This document shows, piece after piece, positions 22,398 through 34,799 of a DNA stretch of 64,000 bases. The stretch's first letter is position 1, and each line of letters begins with the position of its first letter. The DNA lies in assembly GCF_963921235.1 (NCBI RefSeq), contig NC_086097.1, positions 72,666,001 to 72,730,000 of the forward strand, read 5' to 3'. The position numbers and the translations under genes are program-made. The notes under the pieces are model-generated. The model saw nothing but the letters and a program-made list of their open reading frames with translations. It made no database searches and was not told the origin of the DNA. Origin of the DNA: Mobula hypostoma. Its lineage: Eukaryota.

Positions 22398-25310
22398 CAG
22401 ACCATAGGAGCGGAATTAGGCCACTTCACCCATTGAGTCTGCTCTGCCATTACATCAAGGCTGATCCATTTTCCCTATCAGCCCCAATCTCCTACCTTCT
22501 CTCCATATTCCTTCATGTCCAATCAAGAATCTATCAACCTCTGCCTTAAATATACAAACAGACTTGGCCTCCACAGCTGCCTGCAGCAACGAATTCCGCA
22601 GATTCACCACTCTCTGTTTAAAGAAATTGCTGCTCATCTCTGTTCTAAAAGGACATCCTCTATTCTGAGGTTGTGTCCTCTGGTCTTAGACTCTCCCACC
22701 ATAGGAAACATCTTCTCCACATTCACTCTATCAAGGCCTTTCACCATTTGATACATTTCAATGAGGTCACCCCTCATTCTTCTGAATTCCAATGAATACA
22801 AGCCCAGAGCCATCAAACCCTCTTTATATGACAAGCTGTTCAAACCTGGAATCATTTTTGAGAAACTCTTACAAAGCCTCTCCAGTTTCAGCACATCCTT
22901 TCTTAGATAGGAGTCCAAAACTGCTCACAATATTCCAAGTGAGGCCTCACCAGTGCTTTAGAATGTCTCAATATTACATCCTTGCTTTTATGTTCTAGTG
23001 CTCTTGAAATGAATACTAACATTGTATTTGCCTTCCTCACCACAGCCTCAACCTGCAAATTAACCTTTAGGGAATCTTGCACAAGCACTCCCACATCCCT
23101 TTGCACCTCAGTCTTTGTATTTTCTCTCCATTTAGATAATAGTTGACCTTTACATTTCTTCTACCAAAGTGCATGACCATACAGTTCCCAACACTGTATT
23201 CTATCTGCCATTTCTTTGCCCATTCTTTTAATCTGTCTAAGTCCTTCTGTAGCCTCTCTACTTCCTCAAAACTATCTGCTCCTCCACCTATCCTTGTAAT
23301 GTCTGCAAACATTGAACAAAGCCATCAATTCCATCATCCAAATCATTAACATATAACATGAAAAGAATTGGTCCCCAGACAGACCCTGTGGAACACCACT
23401 AGTGACCAACAGCCAACTAGAAAAGACTCCTTTTATTCCCACTCTGCCTTCTGCCAATCAGCCACTGCTTTATCCATGCTAGAATCTTTCCTGTAATACC
23501 ATGGCTCATAGTTTTTTAAGCAGTCTCATGTGTGGCACCTTGTCAAAGGCCTTCTGAAAATCCCAGCACACATCAATCAATTCCCTTCTGTCTATCCTGC
23601 TTGTTATTTCTTCAAAGGATTTCAACAGATTTGACATATTTTCCCTTGAAGGAACCATGCTGACTATGGCCTATTTTATCACGTGCTTCCAAGCACCCTG
23701 AAACCACATCCTTAGCAATCGACCTCAACATCTTCCCAACCACTAAGGTCAGACTAACTGGCCTATGATTTCCTTTCTTCTGCCGCTGTCCCTTTTTGGA
23801 GAGTGGAGTGAGAGAACTATTCCAGAATCTAGTGATTCTGGAAAGATCATTACTAATGCCTCCACAATCTCTTCAGCCACCTCTTTCAGAACTCCGGTGT
23901 GTGCACCATCTGGTCCCAGTGACTTACCTACCTTCAGACCTTTCAGTTTCCCAAGAACTTTCTCTTTAGTAATGGTAACTTCACACACTTCAGCCCCCCT
24001 GACACCTGGATTTCCCACCATACTACTAGTGTCTTCCACATTGAAAACTGATGCAAAATACATATTCAGTTCATCCACCATTTCCTTGTTCCCCTCTACT
24101 AACTCTCCAGCATCATTTTCAAGTGGTCTGATATCCACTCTCATTTCTCTTTTACACTTCATGTATCTGAAGAAACTTTTGGTATCCTCTCTAACGTTAT
24201 TGGCTACCTTACTTTTGCATTCTATCTTTACCTTCCTATTAACTTTTTTATTTGCCTTCTGCTGGTATTTGAAATCTTCCCAATCTTCTAACTTCCCACT
24301 ATTTTTTGCTCTATTATATGCTCTCTTTTTGGCTTTTATGTTAACTTTGATTTTTTTTTTGTTAATCACAGTTGTGTCATACTTCTTCCTCTTTGGGATA
24401 ATTATGTCCTGTGCTTTCTAATTGCTTTCAGAAATTCCAGCCATTGCTGTTCTGTCGCCATCCCTGCCAGCGTTCTTTTCCAGCCAATTCTGGCCAGCTC
24501 CTCTATCATGCCTCTGTAAGTCCCTTTACTCCACTGTATTATTGATACATTTGACTTTAGCTTCTCCTTTTCAAGTTTCAGGGTGAATTTGATCATATTA
24601 TGATCACTTTCCCCTAAGGGTTCTTTTACCTTAAGCTCTCTGATCAATTCTGGTTCATGGCACAACACCCAGTTCAGAACAGCTAATACCCTAGACAGCT
24701 CAACCATGAGCTTCTCTAAAAAGCCTTGCAGGCACTCTAGAAATCCCTACACCTGGAATCCAGCACCAACCTGATTTTCACAATCTACCTATATATATTA
24801 AAATTCCCCATGACTACTGTAAAATTGCCCTTTTGGCATGCATCTTCGATCTCCCAATGTAATTTGTAGACCACATTCTTACTACATTTTAGGTGTCTAT
24901 ACAACTGCCATCAGGGTACTTTTACGCTTGCAGCTCTATCCACAATGATTCAATATCTTCCGACCCCATATCACATCTTTCTAATGATTTGATTTAATTT
25001 TTTACCAACAGAGCAACACCACCCTCTCTCCTTTCCTGCCTGTCCTCTTGATACAATGTGTATCCTTGGACATTAAGCTTCTAGCTGCAATCTTCTTTCA
25101 GCTATGATTCAGTGATGCCTAGAGCATCATACATGCCAATCGGCAACTGTGCTACAAATTTATCTACCTTATTCCATATCTACCTTATTCCTTCAGTCCG
25201 TGTATTCACCCTTTTCAATTGTGTCCACCTTGTATGCTGCAACTCATACTGTTGATTACAATTTTGCCCTATCCACAGCCTCTCCTCACTGTACTCCATT
25301 TACAACCTTC
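22398..25310 (-). mobile_element. Degenerate CR1 LINE covering almost all of ORF2
   Basis: Endonuclease (SDHNMI), tether and RT fragments across many short minus ORFs; CR1 3' end near 22400. Confidence 0.92.
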
Positions 25311-25943
25311 TCTGCTCAACCTTGAATGGTTCAGGTTGCATAGAGACGGGTGTAAATGGAGGGAGAAAACTGTGTTTTGTTTTCTACCAACGTGTCACCC
25401 AACCAGAATGCTTGTCTGCAATCTTCATGAAACTAGGATCGATCCCCTGGTTTGATCGTAGTGTTAAGTTGAAGGGTATGCAGGGCCACAGGGTCGCAGA
25501 CCATGATGGTGTACATTTCTGCTGCTACAAATAGTCTTATTCACCTCACCGATACTGACAAATGTACTGCTATATATGTCCTAAATTTAGCATGGTTGTG
25601 GCACTACACAACATGATAGTGGATGCCTTCAGCATGAAACAAATCTTTGTCCTCATGACAGCAGTGTGATAATCACTTCTGTTAGTGTTAGCATGCACAG
25701 CTGCATCTGCCACAGATAGATGATTGAAGATAAAATTAATTTAGTTTATCAACTGTGTTGGATGGTCTTAACCCACACAAATTATGTATCATTCAATCTC
25801 TCCTACCCTCCACCCTACCACATGTCTTATACTTTGGTACTATTTACTCCCCACCCTGCAGGTTTTACTAACTATAGGACTAGAAACATTAACTTTTGCT
25901 TCTCCCTGTACAAATGCTGCTTGACCTGCCGAATATTTCCATA

Positions 25944-27072
25944 GCAATGCACACAAAATGCTGGAGAAACTCAGCAGGTCAAGCAGCATCTATGGAAATG
26001 GATGAACTTTCAATGGTTCAGGCTGAGATCTTTCATCAAGACTGGAAAGGAAGGGGGAAGAAGCCAGAATTAGGAAGTGGTAGAAGAGGAAAGAGCACAA
26101 CCTAGAAGGTGATAGGTGAAGGCAGGTAGGTGGGGGAGTGGGGGATGACGTGAGAATCTGGGAGGTGATAAGTATGTAATGCCCTGGTTCACATGGTTCA
26201 TATTTTTTCTCTGTTATGCTTTTCTGTGCTCTGTGTAAGCTACTTGTTTGGGTTACTGTTGAAGATAAGAGAGAGGAGAAATGTATGCCATCCAATGGGG
26301 ATGAACAGATTCAGGGGAAGTTTTTCTGGTGAGGGACACCAAGGTTGGGCTTGGGGCTTTTGAGAAGAGAGAAGACGCTGGAGAGAAGAGGTCGGAGGAA
26401 TCAGCCCAGGGTGGGGCTGGGATTCGATGAACCCCGGACAGATCAAAGGAGATCGGTGAAGGGGAAACCGTGAGCTCCAACTTGTGCACATTAGACTGTT
26501 TCATTTAAAATGAGCCCTTTTCCGTTCTTGCTTTCTCTTTACAGTCCCTTTAGTCAAATTAAGAATTATAAGGCTAAGTCATTTAATTGTATGTGGTGTA
26601 CTGTCTGTTGTTTCGTGGGACTGATTTGTAACAGGGTAACACATCACGCAACATCGAGACAAACGGGTGGATTGGGGGTCTTGCACTTCAAACTCCCACT
26701 TTTGTTGGGGCTGGAGGGTGTCTTCCCTCGACTTACGCAGCCGACGGAACCAGAATGTTATAGGTAGAAAAGGTGAAGGGCTGAAGAAGAAAGAATCTGA
26801 CTGGAGAGGAGAGTTGACCATGGAAGAAAGGGAAGGAGGAGGGCCACAGGGGGAGGTGATAGGCAGGTGAGGCAAAGAGTTAAGAGGAGAGCCAGAGCTG
26901 GGAATTGAAGAAGAAGGAAGAGGGAAGGGGGAGGGGGAAAATGACTGGAAGTTAGAGAAACCGATGTTCCTGCCCTCCAGTTGAAGGCTACCTGGATGAA
27001 ATATGAGGTGCTGCTCCTCCAACTTGAGAGTTGCCTCACTGTGACAATAGTAGAGGCCAGCCATTGACATGA
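25944..27072 (-). mobile_element. PLE 3' fragment (endonuclease C-terminus + pLTR) interrupted by a solo LTR
   Basis: MSMAGLYYCHSEATLKLEEQHLIF...FSNF, then a pyrimidine-rich UTR and a decayed hammerhead at 26007-26044. Confidence 0.88.
26175..26762. mobile_element. Solo LTR (588 bp), 4-bp TSD with one mismatch
   Basis: TGTAAT...GTTATA termini (TG...CA decayed), flanks AGTA/GGTA. Removing it restores the PLE UTR GGAGGTGATAGGTAGAA seen at 41552-41568. Confidence 0.75.
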
Positions 27073-27625
27073 TGGCAGAGCAGCAATGGCTGGAATTTCT
27101 GGAAGCAATTCGGAAGGCACAGATATATACATCCCAAAGAGGAAGAAGTATTCAAAGGGCAAGATGACACAACTGTGGCTAACAAGAGAAGTCATAGCTG
27201 ACATAAAAGCCAAAGAGAGGGCATATAAAAGAGTAAAAATTAGTGGGAAGTTAGAGGATTAGGAAGACTTCATATACAGTGCCAACAGAATTTGGTATTT
27301 GATGGGAGAGTTTAAGACCAGTAAACACAGCCTCAGAACAAAGGGGCATCCTTTTAGAATGGAGATGTGGGGGAATTTCTTTAGCCAGAGAATGGTGAAT
27401 CTGTGGAATTCTTTGCCACAGGCAGCTGTGGAGGCCAAGTCTTTATGTATATTTAAGGCAGAGGTTGATAGATTCTTGATAGGTCAGAGCATGAAGATAT
27501 ATGGAGAGAAGGCAAGAGATGGGGCTGAGAGGAAAATGGAATCATCCATGATGAAATGGCAGAGCAGACCTGATGGGCCAACTTACCTAATTCTGCTCCT
27601 ATATCTTATGATCTTATGGTCTTAT
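27068..27625 (+). mobile_element. CR1 fragments (tether piece joined to 3' end)
   Basis: Homologous to 24280-24460 and to CR1 3' ends (NFFSQRMVNLWNSLP); TCTTATGATCTTATGGTCTTA tail. Confidence 0.85.
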
Positions 27626-28769
27626 TCCAAGCAAAACAAGCTTAGCTTTTCTAGTCTATTTGAAGTCTCCCATCAACAGTGAATATAAAGAAGTTTCCAT
27701 TTAGCTAAGCAGGAAGGAAAGAATAAGGTCAAACATCACCATATAAATCTAAACTGTAGAAAGAAAGTTAATGGTTCCGAAATGGTCCTCACAGAATCTT
27801 TGCCCTTCATCTGACCTGATGTATTCAAGAGCTGTTTTGACCAATATTTATTCCTGATGTGAAAGCTAGATGGACAGCAGTGCTTACCTTCATTTTCCAG
27901 TCCCTAATGGCATGCCCCAAATTTCCCAAATATCTGGGTAGATAAAGCTCACAAAGAAAAAACTGATCTCTGAGTAACTACAAACAGGGAGAAATGCATT
28001 CCATATTCCAACCACGGGAACATTGGAAAACAAGATTACTTCTGACCTCATAGAGTTTCCCTGAATTCCTGGCTGATTTGTGCAAACAGAAATAGTTCTG
28101 CCATGACAGGGCTCGACAAAACCTGACTTTATTACACTTTCCTTGTATCAGTTAGTGTGACATAATGGAGGTAAGACTTGCTTGAAATGATGTCCTGACA
28201 CTTTACAACTTGTGTATTATAAAACTTCACTTATTTTTAAGGGATAGATTTGCCTCAATACCAAGGACACTTTCTTAGCAGGACAGAGTGAACTTTATGG
28301 AATTGCTTGTGAGTCATTTCAATTTACTTGAATATACGGCTTTTGGTGACTTCAGCTCACCATTCTGTTCTTTTGTTAAATTAGACAGTAACAGACAAAC
28401 CTCCATTTTGATATGAGTGGTTTTCTTTCAATTTTTGTGCTGTGATGAGTACAGTTAATAATGAGCTGTGATCTCTGGCTCGATCTGAATTATTAACAAT
28501 TGCTTTCCCCTGCAGATGTCGCTTGATCCATTGCGTTCCACCAGCAGTTTGTGTTCTGCTGCAGATTTCAGCATCTACAGTCTCTTATGTCTCCATTTTA
28601 CTTCCCCACTGCATTGTCACTTTGAGGCATGTTGACTTATAGGAAGTTTTTTCCACTTTTTGACAGAAGTTCTCTCTCACTGTTCCCTCTCTGTAGCTTC
28701 TACTACTCTCCTGTTCTTACTCAGCCACCTACCTCATTCCATTCCCTCTCCTTTTTATGCAGCATTAGA

Positions 28770-29292
28770 TAGCTCTTGGCCTATACTCACTGGAGTTTAG
28801 AAAACTGAGGGAGGATCTCATTGAAACCTGCTAAATACTGAAAGGCTTAGATCAGAGGTTCCAAACCTGGGGTCTACAGATACCTTGCTTAATGGTAAGG
28901 GTCCATGGCACAAAGTAGTTGGGAACCTGAATGGAGTGGATATGGATAGAATGTTTTCTATAGTGGGGTATCGGGTATCTGGGACCAGAAGGCACTACCT
29001 CAGACTAGAAGGAAGTTGCTTTAGAACAGAGATGAGGGGCAATTTCTTTCGCCAGAGCGTGGGTGAGTATGTGGAATTTATTGCGACAGATGGCTGTGGA
29101 GGCCAAGTCATTGGGTATATTTAAAATGAAGGTTGATAGATTCTTGATTAGTAAGGGTGTCAAAGGTTATGGGGCAGAGCCAGGGAAATGGGTTGAAAGG
29201 GAAAATAAACTAGCCATGATTGAATGTTGGAGAAGACTCAATGGGTCAAATGTCCTAATTCTACTCCTATGCCTTATGGTCTTAATGGTTTA
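28770..29292 (+). mobile_element. CR1 3' fragment containing a small insertion
   Basis: LGLYSLEFRKLREDLIET... and a CTTATGGTCTT tail. Confidence 0.85.
28853..28929. mobile_element. 77-bp MITE-like insertion with hAT/Charlie-like termini
   Basis: CAGAGGTTCCAAAC...GTTGGGAACCTG imperfect TIRs interrupting the CR1 sequence GGCTTAGAT/GAGTGGAT. TSD not clear. Confidence 0.5.
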
Positions 29293-30904
29293 TCTTCCTT
29301 CTTCATCCTTAGTCCTAATGCAGGGTCTCAAACCAAAACATCAACAATTCCTTCCCTACTCTCCCGAACCCCTACAGATCCTGAGTTCCAGCAGCAGTTT
29401 GTTTTATGCTGGAAGAGACCAGTATCTTTTCATTATTTTCATCATTACATTGTCAGCTATTATTATCTTTATGGTGGGAATCTGCACAAGAACAAATTCT
29501 GTATATTCCCAGGTAAATATATTGTTTGATGTAGTAATATATTGTTTGATGGAGCATCTCCTTTTTCAGAGAGGAAGTAGAACTTTATCTTCCAATTTAG
29601 GTTCTGATCCAACAGTTAAAAATGTAGATTTGAGTATGTGCCTCCCCTAATAATATTAATGAGGAATTGTGGTATAGAATGATTTATGTTGGAGGATATT
29701 TATAAACCTTCTCTACCAGTTTGTGACATTTGTGTGTTGCAATAGCTTCTTTGACATAATGTACTGAAACCGTGGGCTTAAAATGCTGGATTTTACAATT
29801 CTCAGCAGTTGAGAATGAAACATTAACCTTCTGTGATTTATGATGTCTTGAGATATTGTTAATGTAGTGAGGATGCTAAAGGGGCCACTGTGTCTCAATA
29901 GAGCATTCCAAACATTTTTATAATAGGATTACATAAATCTGAAGCCATGGTATGACAAAGCTTGGGGAATGCCCAAGAGTGCTTGAACTGGAATTATAAC
30001 TGCTAATCTTTCCATTGGTATTATATAAATTGAGACATTTTGTTGCCTTTACCAGTGTCCCTGAAGCATGATTAACTGCAGATTTGCTGAAGCTATCCAG
30101 ATACTTATGAAGTTTGAAATTCATCTTGATTGGAATGGACTTCTTCAACTGTACTTCATCTAAATCAGGAGGACAAATACCAAGTTACAGCAGTGGCCAA
30201 TAAGGAGTTGATTTTTACTTTCCGCTGCATCAGACTTTCAAAGGATCTAAAATGCAGCAATCTTTTATTGAAGATCTCACCATAGAGTTGAAAACTGCAG
30301 CTTTAATACTTCATATATTCAAAAACTGAATTCGGAGCAACTGAGCAGAGAATGCGTATCCAAAAAGGTTTATTTCTTGATTTAATATTAATGCAAGACT
30401 GCTAGATTTGCAAATAACATTTGAGGATACTCAAGGTCAAACAGTGTGATTCATCAACCTAGAAAATAGGTATCTGAATAACTGCAAAATGATGGGTGAC
30501 AAAGTATCCTTGTTAGTACTCAACCTCTCCAAAGTTACAAAAGTTCTTGCTCAAGCTGGTAATACTCCCACAGGGAATTTAAACAGTGATTTTGACATTA
30601 GTTTGTTTAATTTTTCAAGAACTCAATTTACAAATGCAAAAACGCACATTCAATATACAAAATAAAACCTGCTTCAACATTCTAAGAGATAGACATTTGT
30701 TTTCGAGCATATCAAATGACATTAATTTGTCACTTCTCAGTTATTGACTATGTATAGGTGACAAGTTTAACATTTCTAATTGCTACATTCATCTTTTTTG
30801 GGGTTTGAGATCTGTTAAGAAAATACAGATCTTGAATTTCAAGGGAGGTTGGCCTGTGCTATCTAATTAGCCTCATATTAATATGAAAGTCTTTAGAAAA
30901 TCTT

Positions 30905-31022
30905 TATGTTTAATATTTCCAATGCTGTCCTCAATGCACTGTGTAATGAATTGATCTGTATACAAGACAAGTTTCTCACTGTACCTCGGTACCAATGGCA
31001 AAAATAAACCAATTCCAATTAA
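30905..31022 (+). mobile_element. LINE 3' tail remnant (Rex/L2-like)
   Basis: TTTCTCACTGTACCTCGGTAC...AATAAA(CCAATT)2. Confidence 0.5.
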
Positions 31023-31099
31023 TATTTTCAGTAACTAGTAGGAACTCTGAAAAGAAGGGACTGCAAGAGGAAATGTTAGGAAATGAAAGAGATGAGGGA

Positions 31100-32980
31100 G
31101 ATCATAAAGCCAACAGAGCGGGAAGATCTTAAAAGGATTTTTTTCATCAATATTTATTTGGGAGATGGGCACAGAGTCTGTAGAAGTGAGGCCAATGACC
31201 AAATACAGATTACAGAAGAGGAGGTGTTTGCTCTCTTGATGCAAATTAGGGTGGACAAATCTCCAAAGTCTGACAAGATGTTCTCTTGGAACTTGTGAAA
31301 GGCTATTACAGAAATTGCAGGAGCCTAGATAATATACTTAAATCATCTTTAGCCATGGGTGAGGTGCCAGAGGATTAGAGGAGTGCTAATGTTGCTCCAT
31401 TGTTTAAGAATGACTCCATGAATAAACTGAGAAATTATAGGCCGGTGAACCTGACATTAATAGTGGGTAAATTATTGGAAGGTATTCTAAGAGACTAGTA
31501 TTTGGATAGACAGAGGCTGATTAGGAGTAGGTAAAATAGCTCTGTGTGTGGTTGCTTGTGCCTAACCAATCTTATAGAGTTTTTGAGGAAGTTACTAGGA
31601 AAGATGGTGAAGGCAAGGCTGTGAATGCTGTCTACATGGACTTTAGCAAGAACTTTGACAACACCCCTCACGGGAGGTTGGTCAAGATGTTCCAGTTGCT
31701 TGGCATTCAAGATGAGGGAGCAAATTGGATTGGACATCGGCTTCAAAGGAGAAGCCAGAGAGTGGCAGTAGATTATTGCCTGTCTGACTGGAGGCCTGTG
31801 ACTAGTGGTGTGCTGCAGGAATCAGTCCTGGGTCCATTGTTCCTTGTCATTTATGTCAGTGATCTGGTTGATAATATGGTAAATGGAATCAACACATTTT
31901 CAGATGATGCCAAGATTTTGGGTGTAGTGGATGATGAAGAAGACTATCAAAGCTTGCAGCAAGATCTGGCAGAATGGGCAGAAAAATAGCAAATGGAATT
32001 TAATGCAGACAAGTGAGTGAGGTGTTGCACTTTGGGAGGCAAAACCAGGGTAGGACTTACATAGTGAATGGACAGGCCATTGAGGAGTGCAGAACAGACG
32101 AATCTGGGAATACAGATCCATTATTCCTTGAAAGCAGTGTCAAACATTGATAGGGTCATAAAGAAAGCTTTTGGCACATTGGCCTTCATAAATCAAAGCA
32201 GCGAGTATGTGAGTTGGGATGCTATGTTGAAGTTATTTAAAATGTTGGTGTGGTCCAATTTAGAGTATTGTGTGCAGTTCTGGTCAACTACATATAGGAA
32301 ATATATCAATGAATTTGAAAGAGGGCAGAGAAAATTTACAGGGATGTTGCCAGGATTTGAGGACTTGAGTTACAGGAAAAAGTTGAACAGGTTAGAACTT
32401 TATTCCCTAGCATATCGGAGAATGTGGGGAGAGTTGATAGAGGTTGTTATATCCTGTAACTCCAAAACGTAAAACTAACTTAAAGAAAGCAAGGGAGCCC
32501 AAGAGATGCAAGTAAACTTTGTTTTTACTTTTAAGCGAGGGAGGTGTGCACGTATGATGTGGTGGAGTGATGAGGTATGCCATGCACATACTTTTACATA
32601 GAACCCTTAATGAATTATATAAACAACAAAGAATGCTTAATCAAACAATATATTTAAAATATTACTTGAATATTACTGAAATATTCAATACACAACCGAG
32701 GTATACAAGATTGTGAGGGATATAGATAGGGTAAATGGAAGCAGGCTTTTTCCAGTGAGGTTGGGTGAGATTGTAACTAGAGGTCATGGGTTAAGAGTGA
32801 AAGGTGAAATATTTAAGGGGCACCTGCAAGGGAACATCTTCACTCTGTGGGTGGTGAGCGTGTGGTATGTGCTGCCAGCAGAAGTGGTGAATGGAAGTTT
32901 GATTTCAACATTTAAGATAAATTTGGATAGGTAGGTGGAGGGAGGGGGAGGGAGGGGTATGGAGGGTTATGGTCCAGGTG
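31100..32980 (+). mobile_element. Degenerate CR1 RT region interrupted by a short LTR-like insert
   Basis: YMDFSKNFD, SGVLQESVLGP, FSDDAK, LEYCVQFW fragments. Confidence 0.9.
32445..32697. mobile_element. Short solo LTR-like insertion (253 bp), 5-bp TSD GAGGT
   Basis: GAGGT|TGTTAT...CACAACC|GAGGT. Removal restores CR1 GATAGAGGTATACAAG (LIEVYK). Confidence 0.75.
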
Positions 32981-34103
32981 TATTATATTTAATTAATATC
33001 TCACACTCATATTTACAAAATATTGGCAAAGGTTATAAAGGTTTTCTCAGAATTTTCTGGGCCAGTAGTAGTGGAGTTTGATGCACATATTGTTTGAGCA
33101 GAAAATCCAGCATTTATGATAAGATGTTGTTTTCACCTTTCTGCACATTCACTTAACATCAATGGGATTGCACTGACAGCATGAGTCAAAAGCTGAATTT
33201 ATGCAAAAAATATAAACAAAATTCACCACAGCAGGTTCTGTCTATTATAGTGAATTGCTGATTGCATCCAAGTCTTGTCCAAGTATGTTGATAGATTACC
33301 GAAGCGAGAAAGGAAGCATGTACTTTTACTATTTCTTATTTTACTGTTTTGTAATTTGTATCTCTATATTAGTCAAAATTTCTCTGTCTTTATTTTTCTT
33401 TCTATATCTAATCTTACTCATCGTTTCCAACTCTGTCATTCATCTTCCTCTTTTATTATCTTTAAATTTAATTAGGTGGGTAATTAAACTACTGGCTGAG
33501 TAGTTGGAGTATTGATCATGTTCTTCAACAAAGAATGAGATGCCCCACTGTCTTTGATATATCTTTGTCAATTTTTACTTCCATCAGTTTGCATGAAAAA
33601 TAACTAAAGGTGAAGGTTCAGGAGCAACCAATGAGGTAATCTACTCTGGTAAGTCCAGGGCCATTATAATATGTGAAAGGTAGTAAAGTTGCTTAACTAC
33701 AGGAAGGCAAAGGTTAGAATATGAGAAATATCCAAGTCTATGTCATCCTTGTAATCTAATTCACCTCCAATAAATCACCTTGCCATCAATGTTTATTCTT
33801 CCAGAGTAGTCCTGCTTTGTCAAGTCTTTCTCCATGATTGCAGGTACACTGTGTGACATCCAAGTAAATCATATTTGATTCTTCTCTATTGGATTGAAGT
33901 CCTTCCAATAATGTGGAACATCAAGTGACGCACAATATTACCATTGTGGTGATACTAAATTGTCATCTGGGTTCTGTGTCACATGCCGGTTTTTGGTATC
34001 TCTATTTCCTGACAAAAAATGCCTGTATTCCCTTATGTTGTTATTGGCCTTAGACAATAACGGCCAGATTTTAAAGATTGAAGACAAAGTACAATTATTG
34101 ATC

Positions 34104-34575
34104 CCAGCAGGCCAAGCAGCATCTATGGTAAAGAGTAAACAGTCAATGTTTTGGGCTGAGACCCTTCATCAGGACTGGAGAATAAAGATGAGACGGCGGA
34201 GTAAAAAGGTTGTTGGGGGGGGGAATTGGAAGAAGAAATGCAAGGTGATAGGTGAAACCGAGAGATGGGAGGGGTGAAGTTGATGGTGAAACAGCTAAAC
34301 TGCTGGAGAAGGGGGGAATCTGATAGAAAAGTACAGAAGGGAAGGGGGAGGAGCACCAGAGGGAGGTGGTGGGCAGGTAAGGAGATAAGTTGAGAGAAGG
34401 AAATGGGAATGAGGAATGATGAAGGGGTGGGGAGGGTGTATCACCGGAAGATTGAGAAATCGATGTTCATGCCATCAGGTTGGAGGCTACCCAGATGGAA
34501 TATAAGGTGTTGTTTCTCCAACCTGAGTGTGGCCTTGGATTTCCAGCATCCGCAGATTTTCTCTTGTTTGTGATT
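34104..34575 (-). mobile_element. PLE 3' fragment with hammerhead motif and a short inverted terminal copy at its 5' end
   Basis: 34445-34534 is nearly identical to 211-300. 34535-34575 is the pLTR end in the opposite orientation. Confidence 0.9.
34140..34177 (-). ncRNA. Minimal type I hammerhead ribozyme motif, CpG-decayed (probably inactive)
   Basis: CAGTC CTGATGA AGGGTCTCAGCCC AAAA CATT GACTG: stem I CAGTC/GACTG, stem II GGG/CCC. Confidence 0.7.
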
Positions 34576-34799
34576 GGACAACCATTGACCCTTTTGCTTT
34601 TGCCCACTTGCCCTTCAGACTACCTAATGCCACATTGTCTCAACACATTGACTTAACGCTGGAGACTGGGGTGCCCAACTTTCATCACTGATATTTACTC
34701 TCAGACATACTATTGGACTTCATACAACCAGTTTCAAAACTTCCAAATCATAAAAAAGAACGTATTTAAATATGAAAAATACCTTCTAATGTCCCACCG

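Noticed and set aside
23765..24421. 218-aa Ser/Leu/Phe-rich ORF resembling a membrane protein
   Set aside because: Antisense of the Lys/Glu-rich CR1 tether region.
27888..27933. Minus-strand 46-nt exon candidate (YLGNLGHAIRDWKMK) with AAG|GTAAGC donor
   Set aside because: Too short to distinguish from chance and no consistent partner exons.
29063..29650. 195-aa ORF with hydrophobic stretches
   Set aside because: Chance read-through across a CR1 3' end, a PLE terminus and AT-rich DNA.
30056..30159. Minus-strand exon candidate (EVQLKKSIPIKMNFKLHKYLDSF...)
   Set aside because: Moderate splice sites only and no recognisable protein.
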